A DNA stretch of 44,061 bases from Lama guanicoe. Lineage: Eukaryota. Shown piece by piece: positions 12,541-22,775 of the stretch (positions are counted from its first letter, which is position 1; each line of letters starts with the position of its first letter). The stretch lies in NCBI GenBank assembly GCA_013239625.1, contig MU053754.1, positions 1,113,379 to 1,157,439 on the forward strand. Reading direction: 5' to 3'. The translations under genes and the position numbers were made by a program. The notes beneath the pieces were generated by a model, which did not search any database, was not told where the DNA came from, and saw nothing but the letters and a program-made list of their open reading frames with translations.

Positions 12541-14529
12541 AGGAATAGGTTCTATGACCTATTTTCAATAGGTCAGAGAATCCAAAAGAAATCACACGTT
12601 GTCTAAGGATAGATGGTGCAAAGATAACTAAAGTGTTAAGAATATTCGTTTTATCAGTCTACTATGGTATTGTGGGAGACCTCATGCCGACCTGAAGCCC
12701 GAGTTACGGATATCTGATTAATGTAAAGAGGAAAAGCTAGGTCATACTTAATAAATGCCGTATGTTGACAGACAATATACTTTTTTACAACATGGAGTCC
12801 AGAGTGAGTGAAAAGGAAGAGCTGCAAGGTGGCCGACGTGAGAACTCCAAAGACCTGGGAGCTAAGACGAGTTATGCAGTCATCTGCACAAGGCACTGCA
12901 GCGGAGGGAGTGCCTGCACTTGCCCCTGCTACTGCTGTTCATACACAAGACGTCTCCTGACAACACAGGGATGCTTCAGTGACCACCATCCCAAAGCCCC
13001 GACCCTCAAGACTTTTGAAGAGTCACGTTTCTGGAAAGCAACACCAAGTCACAGGTAGGAACTTCTCCATTTCTGAGTTAACACAAGCAGTGCCCACCAG
13101 CACCTTCCTAAGTGTCTCTACCTAACCGTGAAGTTTTACGCCCGTTCGCTGAAGCATACCAACATAGATTCACCAGATTTCATTGCATAACCTATTTCAA
13201 AGAAATATAATAACCTCCTACTTATAATTAAGTTTCTTAAGTGAGAATGCTTACACCAACAGCATTAATTTTAAAGTGCAGATCTCCAAACATCCATACA
13301 CATATGTACTGTTAGTATACTGAAATGCATATAAATTTATACTGTACACAATATACATAAATATAAACCTATTTATTGTCTAAGAAAGGCACAAAGAAAG
13401 GAACAAGTCGGTATTTTCTAATGTGTTTGACAAATGTTCTACAACAGTCACAATACGATAGATTTTTAAGTGACATTCAAGGAGAAACACTGTATTAAAG
13501 ACAAAACTTTGCCATGAATAGCCTAGTGTTTAGTTTGGAGCAAATTCAGAAATTCTTGGAAACACAGCCAAATGTAAAGGTCAAACCTGAGGATGGCCTC
13601 TCTTCCCAGGGACTTCCTGGCATCTAACTTCAATCTCACTGAGGGCCAAAGTGACACACCAGGGCGGAATATATTCCTCACAGAACCGCTGCTCCAAAAC
13701 TCTGGGAGCCCCAGGGCTGATCTGTGGCTGCTAAAGGTTTTTGATGTGCTAATTGTTTGTTTACTTTTTCTTCGAGGAGAGGCTGGTCCTCTAAGCAGAA
13801 TGAGCTAATCACCAGCTTAGTTCCCTCTCTTGCCAAAACAAACAGCTTCCAATTACTGTGAGGAAAAAGCTTCTGATCTCTAATCAGCTACCCAAACGAG
13901 CCTATCAGGGGTAGTTTAAAGAGTGAATAATGTCCCACTAAGCAACAATCTCTCAACACTAATAACAGTCTAGAGCCCGAGGGCAGAGGCTGCCAGCAAC
14001 CTGCTACTTATCTTAGACAAGATTCCATGCCCCTTTCCCCAGCGGTCTGAGGTCTGGTGAAGAAACAGTAGCCCTCCTCCACTCGGGCCACTCCTCCTCC
14101 TCAGGCCTGTGCTACTGAGCCTCCCCTGAGCAAACACAGGCAGAGGAAGGGCAGGTTGCAGGACTGCTACCAGTTAGGGGGAAGACTGTCTATGAGGCTC
14201 AGAGACTTGGTTCCACCACCGCCTGGAGGAGCAGGACCTGGGGAGACGGGCGGAGTCTCCACCACCAACCTCCCAACTAGCGTAAAAGAGGAAGTCCCTC
14301 TCCAGTTAAAGGAGGTTCACCTAAAAAGAGCCCTAACTTACGTCAGGCACATTCTCCCTCCTTTCCCTCTAATATTCTAGCAAAGTTGAGAAAGTAAGTG
14401 CAGAACAAGCAGGTTACACCAAGGAGAGCATCGTAACCTTGGACGCCATGGACAGCCCTATGAAGAACCGCCACAGGCGGGCTTAACCCCCTGCGAGGGC
14501 CCAGCCCCCTTGACGTACCAAGCCCAGAC

Positions 14530-14705
14530 CAGGGCTGGCTTCAGGGGCCCGTGACCAGTGCACGTGGTGCGTGCCCAGAAAGGGCCTGGTGCCAGGGACT
14601 GACAGCTCCGAGATCGCTATACTAAAATCCTTAGTTATTTTATCTTTGAGTTTGCACTTTGCACATGAAGTCTGATGGGATATTGGAGCGTGTTCTGGAG
14701 CATCA
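14530..14705 (+). mobile_element. hAT-type DNA transposon fragment (MER53-like end)
   Basis: Starts cagggctggcttca...gaccagtgca...cagaaagggcc. Similar to the element at 21141-21266. Confidence 0.45.
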
Positions 14706-15042
14706 TGCATGATGCTGCCTCCCCCTGCCCCTTCCCAGGAAAGATTCTCAGCTGCCCAATCCCTGGCCCCCTGGCACCCCAGTCCTCACCCAACCTTTCC
14801 CTCCTCACCCTCAAGTCACTGTTATACTCTGCCCCCTGCAAGGACCTGGGAGTGGGCACAAGGAGGGTCAGAGCTGGGCATGCGTGTCTTGAATTAGAGG
14901 TGGTTTTCCCCATCCCACTCTGGGAGCACCATTCTGTGTTTAGTCCCCAAAGTCCAAGACTCCACGGTAACAAGCCTATGCCCATCCTTGATGCAGGTAC
15001 CTAGCTGCACCCAGCCTTGAGGCCAGCCAAGCGTGTGGACTC

Positions 15043-15289
15043 TCAGGGGTGAAGCTGCCAGGCCTCGGCTAGGAAGAGCCCAACCTGTACACTCATGGTG
15101 TAGACAGAGACGGGTGCCCTGGGGGAGCAGGCCTGCAGGGGAGGCTGGGATCTAAACATCTCCACCCCAGTGCCTCACACTTTCCAGTGCCTCCCAGCCC
15201 TGCAGCAACCAGGCTGGAGATAGGTGGTGCACACCTGGTGCCTCCACATCTGGGCCTGGGTTGGCCTCACCTGTCAATCATGGGGCTGT
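15043..15289 (+). repeat. Left arm of a 247-bp perfect inverted repeat
   Basis: Base-by-base comparison shows it is the exact reverse complement of 16747-16993. End coordinates sum to 32036 at both ends, so there are no indels. Confidence 0.95.
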
Positions 15290-16746
15290 CAACCTTGCCT
15301 AAAAGCACCCACCTGGGGACTGGAGCAGCAGGATGGGGAGGCCCCTGGCTCACCTTCCTGAGGATTTGGCCAGAACAAAGTGCGACACACTGGTCCAGCA
15401 GCTGGCAGAGCAGGGCAGGGGGCAAGTGTCACGCTTGCTCAGGCCCGGGTACCTGTGATGGTCCACATGTGTCCTGCAAGATCTCTTCGTGGAGCACCCA
15501 TTGGGCACACCCTACAGTGGACACGTTTGTGGGGGAGGTCCTCTCTTCCTCCTTTCCATCTTTCTGAGCCTGGTCCCACTCGTCCCTCCAGGGATGAGCC
15601 AGGACATCCACATTGTGTACCACTGGTGATTCCATGTATGAGTGAAATACTCTGATGTTTGCCTATAACTAACATGGGTGCTGCACAAGAGAAAGATGAA
15701 CAATGAAATCCAGGCCAATGACTTACTGTTTTAATTATCCTTTACCGAGAACAGCCCTGGACAAAAAATTTAACACACCATGACAGGTCAAGAGGGAAGG
15801 GTCACAAAAGAAAGAAAAGGTTTTATATTTTAATACCTTCAACAACACTTCTTTTCTTGCCCTTTGAATAATGGAACAACCTGCACGTTTCCATATCGTC
15901 CTGGTTCCTGAAAATAAGATAGCCAGTTCTGAAATAAATTCACCAACTAACCAAGAAAATCCTAAACATAAAACAAACAAACAAACAAAAAAAACTGGTA
16001 GCCGCCCTTGCTGGGAAGCCAGCTGCACCATCCATTAGCTTCTCTGCATCCCGGGTCCTTATCAGTTACAGGAGATCAATGGTACCCTCCTTGTGGTGGT
16101 GGGATGAAATGAGAGGCTTGGAAGACACTGAGAACAGGGACTGGTACTTAGCGGTCTTTCAGCCCCTTTAATACCACTGCTTTCACTATCCCCAACAAGT
16201 TCCATGATCTTCACCTTGCTGGGCAGGTTTCCCACCAGACACATGAGAGGCTGAAATTTTAAGAAGGTGATCAGCCCATGATCCCCATCTGCCAAGTGGC
16301 CAAGCCTGACGCAGAGCAGACCTACTTGGCTGCAAAGCCCACGCCCCTGCTCCTTACCCCTACAGCTCGGACCTCAGCTGCATTCACTAATTAAAGTGTG
16401 TCCTTTCCAACCACTTCCATTGGCAGGATGTTAACCACATGTACACGTGATCCATGAGAAATTGAAGTGGCAACATGCTAAAGGCCCTGCACCTGGCATC
16501 AGGGAGCTGGGTACCAATAACCTGCGAGGTGCTACCTGGTGGGGCATCACTTCACGAGGGCAGCATCAAGGAGTGAAAGAAACGACGTCATTCAGAATCC
16601 ATCTCCCTTGCAGCATGAAATTCTAAGCTCTTACAGGTCAGGGACTGTGCCCACATAATCCAGGATACAGATAATTCCAACCTTCACTGTCATCATTCCC
16701 ACTTCCAGGCATCAGTATGGGGTCCCTGTGCTTTCAGGCAAGGTTA

Positions 16747-16993
16747 ACAGCCCCATGATTGACAGGTGAGGCCAACCCAGGCCCAGATGTGGAGGCACCA
16801 GGTGTGCACCACCTATCTCCAGCCTGGTTGCTGCAGGGCTGGGAGGCACTGGAAAGTGTGAGGCACTGGGGTGGAGATGTTTAGATCCCAGCCTCCCCTG
16901 CAGGCCTGCTCCCCCAGGGCACCCGTCTCTGTCTACACCATGAGTGTACAGGTTGGGCTCTTCCTAGCCGAGGCCTGGCAGCTTCACCCCTGA
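16747..16993 (-). repeat. Right arm of a 247-bp perfect inverted repeat
   Basis: acagccccatgattgacagg...gcttcacccctga is the exact reverse complement of tcaggggtgaagc...atcatggggctgt (15043-15289). Confidence 0.95.
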
Positions 16994-19175
16994 CAATCCA
17001 GTTTGTTGGGCTCAAGGCTGGCCACCAGCCTTCTCCCAGCCTAAAAAAAGCAGTCTGAAACTGTGCAGAAACGAGAATTGGCACCTGCTCCAGAAAAAAG
17101 CCTTCCGCTGGAGTGAATTTGCACAAGTGGGTGGGGTGCAGGCACCCTGATAGAAGGGCTCTTCGCAGCCCTCCCCACCCATTAATAAACACCACGTGCA
17201 GGGTAGTAAGTTGGCTGCAGCCTGCTCCCTCCCTGTCCTCCCAAATTATTGAAAAAGGGGGAGGGACAGGGAAGCCTGAGGGTTTTTTTTTTTATAAGGA
17301 GTTTGTGCTGCTGTCTTTTCAAAACTTAAGAAAGCTTAATCCCTGCAATTTAGATAAATCAGAGAGGCATTACCAGGTGAGGGTTAAACCACCAAGAATG
17401 GCTTTGCAATTGATTGCAGAAACAGCAGTTATTAAGTCCTAACTGTGTAATTTGCAGCTTATTTCGCCCCAGCTAATTAAAATGTAATCAGGATTGTCTG
17501 GCAATGTGTATTCTGTCAGCAGTTTTTCTTCCGAAGAGAAATCATGCCAAGAGACCACAAGGAAAGCCTTTCACGCGAACTGGCTTGATCTACACTGCTT
17601 CTTTAGCTGCTGCAACTGTAAAACAAATAAATTACAGCAACTGACAATTCAATTTTAAAAGAGGGAAGGAAAGGAAAGGAAGAAGAAAGGAAAGATACTC
17701 TTTCTGCCTGGGAATGGGCTGCCGCTTTGTTTTGTTTTCTATCCATGTTTAAACAGTGAAGCATCTTCTCAGGAGTGACTCTGAGCGCAGGGCAGGCGGT
17801 TTTGAAACCAGGTGGCTGGGGAGGAGCCCTCTCCAGGATGACCGGGTAATTTCAGCGCTGGAGACCACACTCCGCTTTCCCTTTCCCTGCAGACCCAGGA
17901 GGACCTCAGAGCCTGCCACGTTCTGAAACCCACGGGATGTCACTTCTTTGGGAAGAAACAGAACCACGCTCTCAGGCACGTGCAAACTTCCCGAGCTGGT
18001 TCACCCTCTGAAGATCCCAACTTTTGGTTCTCCTCGTGCTTCCGCGCGAGCTTTCATTAGCTCTCACACCAGGATGAACATCCCTGAAGGCTTCAGAGGA
18101 TCAGTGATCGCCTCTTGTCGCAGTTTAGTTCCCAGGGCCCCTTGGAGGGCCCCCTTTACCCCGCCCAAGAGGAAGAGGCGCCCCAGTTTCTCTCTCAAGG
18201 GCGGAGGGCTCGGCTTAGAACCCCACCAAGGGGCCCCCGTCTCCTTCTGGCCTCCGCAGTTCTCCCTGCGGCGAGAAGTTGCGATCTTAGAACAGGTGAG
18301 CAGCTAAGAATAGAGATGAGAAGGCGAGGGAGAGAACCAGGACAGACAAGAGAAATAAAGTGCGTGAATAATTTCAGAAAGCGCGCTCGGATGGGCTGGG
18401 GAAGGCAGCTGCGATATGCTCCTGGGTCGGGGCCAGGATCGGCTCCCGTGCGCCCACCCGAAGCCAGGGTCCCTGAGCGAGTCCCGCGGGGGTCCTCACC
18501 ACTGTGGCTCCCTCCAAGGCGAGGACAAGGGTCCCGGCCATCCACAGGCGATAAGCGTGCTATTCCCCGAACCTCCTCCACACCCACACTCGCACACGCT
18601 CCCCTACTCTCAAGACGACAGAACCTCCGAGGGCTGGGGGAGATACTGGTCCCGATAGTTCCGTCCGAACACGGCGCCTCCGGGTGCCTTGCATCCCTTC
18701 ACTTGCTCTCCACGCTATTCACAAGCGAGACCTAGAAGCTTTGGCGCTCCAAACTGGGGTGCACCCAGCTGCCATCAGCCCCTCCCCCGCCCCAACAACC
18801 ATGCTGGAACACACGACTTCGTCCAAGTGCCCTGCCTGGGACTCGAAGGGTGGACCGTCAGCTCTAGGCCCGCCGAGTGGGAAAGCACAGTTGAAGACAG
18901 ACAAAAGTGTCGGCCCGCGGGCACCTGCGGGGCCGGGGTTCGTTGAGCGGGTCCCCGGGCGCAGCGGTGCGCGCCTCCCGGCCTCGCTCGCTGTGTAGGC
19001 GGCTTCGAGGGCCCGGAGCGCGGGAGAGTTTGAGGGTCTCGCCACCAGACCGCAGGTCCGCGCGCGGAAGTCTCGGGCAACCAACAAACCCACGCTCCCA
19101 CCCTTGAAACCCACAGAACTGCTCTCCCTCCCCAAAGAAACCGCCTTTCGTTTTCCCATGGTTAGAAGGGAGTTA

Positions 19176-19697
<522 letters not shown>

Positions 19698-19739
19698 TCA
19701 TTCAACTCCGGCCCCGCGCCCTCCCCGTCGCCGCCCAGC

Positions 19740-19860
19740 GCGCTCAGCCTCCAGGGGTGGGGTGAGGGTGACAGGCGGCCGCGCCATTGGCTGGGAGGAA
19801 AGTGAGTGACGGGGGGCCGGGCGGAGGGCGGTGGGCAGGTCCAAGGGGCGGCGAGCCCTG
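19740..19860 (-). promoter_or_regulatory. Probable TATA-less ANOS1 core promoter: CCAAT box and Sp1-type GC boxes
   Basis: ATTGG at 19786-19790 (CCAAT on the minus strand). GGGCGG at 19819-19824, 19826-19831 and 19846-19851, 200-265 bp upstream of the ATG. The TSS cannot be determined from sequence. Confidence 0.65.
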
Positions 19861-21140
19861 CGCTCAAAGGGAGGGGGACGCCGGCCGGGTGCCCAGCCGG
19901 TGGTCTGCTCCCCCACTGCACGCTTTCGCTCCTGCCTGCCCCCACCTCCCCCCGCCAGCCAGGTAAACGTCAGGCGAGAACCAGCCCAGGCCGGGATGGG
20001 AGATGCTGTCTTGGAAAGCAGGGCTTGGGGACCCTCCCCACCCCAAGGGCGTCGGAACAGACTAAGGAAGGACGGCGCGCCCCTAAGATGTAGGCTTTCT
20101 TCCCGGGTCCTACTCTGGGTTCAGCTCCGCCCGGACTTTCGCACATTTGAATTTCCCCTTTCCCGAGCAGTGGAAGAGAGCCAAGGAACCGACCTGAGAT
20201 GCGTGTCAGAGCAGACCAACGCCCGGCAGGGATTTCGACTGACACGTTCCTGCTCCCTCCTTCCCGCCTTAGTATCACCTGGGCCACGTTGGTTAATGAG
20301 ACCCACGCACCTAGCTTCCTCAGGTGTCTGTTGTTCTAGGAAGCATGGCAGGCCCAGCGTGAGGGAGTTATTCAAAATAGAAAGCTTTCCTACACTCTAC
20401 TTGTATTTGCCCCAGGTGTCTTGATTTCGCCTTTTTAGCAGCAAAATCACCTCTTGTAATCTGCTCCAATGCTCTCCTCCCCCCCCCCCCCACAGGGCCC
20501 TGCAGAGGAAAGAGAGGCCCGGCATCTGTAACACAACACCCCTCACAAAGCTCTGTGCTACCCTGAGCTCCACTGAAGTGATGGAGCCCAGCCCGCGCGC
20601 AGGTAGGAGACCCCACAGAGAGCCAAGCTCTGCAGAGGGCTGTGCTGCACACGTGGGCGTATTTATATAACACGAGCCAGTCAAAAAGCCGCATGCACAC
20701 TCACTCATGCAGATGCGGGGCAACGCACTGATATTCCTGTCAACTGACACCCCCACATTTTCATACAGAATTGCACTTACGAGTTCTGCAGCCTAGGATC
20801 TTGGTGAAGCGCACAACTGAGCACAGCTGGAGTGTCTCTCTGCCCTCCACGCGCTCAAAGGTACAGCACCAAGCTGCAGGCCCCTTTGAATAGAGCCCAT
20901 GGCTTCTTCCAACCTCGGATCCTCTCCCCCAAAAATTCCACACATTTTCCATTCTGAGATCTTCCTGTTAAAGGGTAATTACAACCATCTGCAGTTGTCC
21001 TGGTATGCCGATGCTTCCTTTACCTCACCTTAAACATAGATTTCACATAGTTTAAATCAGCACAACCAGAAGAATTTATTGCTTAGGGTTGTTTCCCAGT
21101 GAATTGAAATATCAGAGTTTTTCCTCAAAAGGCTCTGCAG

Positions 21141-21266
21141 GCAGAGCCGGCCTCAAGGGTGTGGGCCTTAGAAGGATCCACCCTTGGTTTAATGTTCTTC
21201 TGTCACAAAAGTGAGTTAATTTTGAACAAGGTTCTCTGAATTTTCGTTTTGCCCCACCCAGCCCTG
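21141..21266 (+). mobile_element. MER53-like hAT MITE
   Basis: cagagccggc...ttggtttaatg...aattttgaacaagg...cccagccctg, with terminal inverted-repeat-like ends. Confidence 0.55.
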
Positions 21267-22619
21267 TATCTGTAAGTTTTAGCATGACAGTTCTGCACAT
21301 GAGCCGGAAACATAACAAAGTTAGACGTGAGCTCACATGAACTCAAAAAGAAATTTGAGATGCTCAGAATCATGAAAGGAAATCTATTTTAAGTAGGCTA
21401 AACATACTTCATGTTGACTAAGAGTGAAGAAGCTAAGCATGGTGACCTCAGCAGGAAAGTGTGGAGCCATCTGCCAATGAATGGAGAAGTGACAACTGAG
21501 TAAAGGGACTCTCTTCTGAATGTTACTGGGGAATTACTAAAAACATTTCCAAAAGCTGTAACAAATTCCTCCATCATGTTTGACTTTTAAAGGTAAACAA
21601 ATACCTGGTCTCGATGAAGACAGGGCTATTATGCATGCCTACAGTTTCCTATGGTGTCTTTGATTTATAAGCCTGTGTGTTACATCATGAAATTTATATC
21701 CTAGAGAGTGAAATCATAAGGACAAGCTTGCTGAGCTTTTAAAAACAGCTTTTAAATGTTCAAAGGGATCACTGTTATCTGTTTAAAAATGCAATGTGGG
21801 TGCTGCTTACATGGGTTCCATAGCATATTCGTTTCCATGAATAAATAAATGCATTTTATGATAAACCACAAAAGGGAACATCTAGTCAGGTGCACAGAAA
21901 GCTTAGGATTAAACACATAGGGCTGCTTTATCATGCATATGTTAAAATAATACTTGTGGTTATATTGCTTTCTTCTTTCAGACTATCACAGACATCCTCT
22001 GTGATGATGCTGGCCTTTTCCATCTTACTGATTTTCATTGCAGTTAAAAAGAAAACCATTTTGGTAAAGTCCGAAGAACAGTCAAAATCTACTGTTTTAT
22101 CCTGCTCACATACGCCCAACTTATCATGCAGCTCACCCTTAGAATTGGCACCGAAACTCTCTAATTTTTAGCATGCCTGGGTAAACCACACCCTAAGTTC
22201 CAGGAGACCGACCACATGAGAGGGGAGCCGCCAGTACGCACAGAAGGAATGACAGGTAAATGGACAGGTGGGAATCGTCCAGGTGCTTCAGGAAGAAAGT
22301 GCTTAGTACATCTTTCCTCAAAGCCAAGTTGAACACCACGGTCTGCATTTGTCTGGAGATGAACCTCATACAGACTTCAGTGGGACTTAAACAGACAAGA
22401 TACCCATCTATTAGAGAGAGTAGAAAAGGGCCTTAATGGGCTTTTATTTCTATCTATGAATGAAGATGGACCAGAATGGGTGGCCCTTCTCTGTCAGGTT
22501 ACAGAGGAAACAAAAAACAAGGCCCTCCCTCAATCCCAGCTTCCAAAAAGTGAGCTATGCTTTTCCTCGCAACTGACTTAGATGATCAATTTCTTCTCCT
22601 TTCTTTACTTTCTCCCCCC

Positions 22620-22775
22620 CACACCAGCGGAGAATCAGAAGCCCCTGGGAAGCCTGTTAAAGGTGTACTCCAGGACTCCACGTTCAGGGACTCTGAGCCA
22701 GCATATCTGGAGTAAAGAACAGGGATCTGAGCTCTGAAACACCTGCTGATCCTATCAAGTAAGCCGCAGACAGGT
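22620..22775. mobile_element. MER5-like hAT-Charlie fossil
   Basis: 'gaatcagaagcccctgggaagcctgttaaa...ggactctgagccagcatatctgg' resembles the MER5 interior. Confidence 0.5.

Noticed and set aside
15043..16993. Inverted repeat as terminal inverted repeats of a DNA transposon
   Set aside because: No TSD seen, no transposase remnant in the spacer, and identity decays outward rather than being sharpest at the termini.
20661..20670. TATA-like ATTTATATAA about 1.1 kb upstream of the ANOS1 ATG
   Set aside because: Too far from the CCAAT/GC-box cluster to be the core promoter, and no independent support for an alternative TSS.
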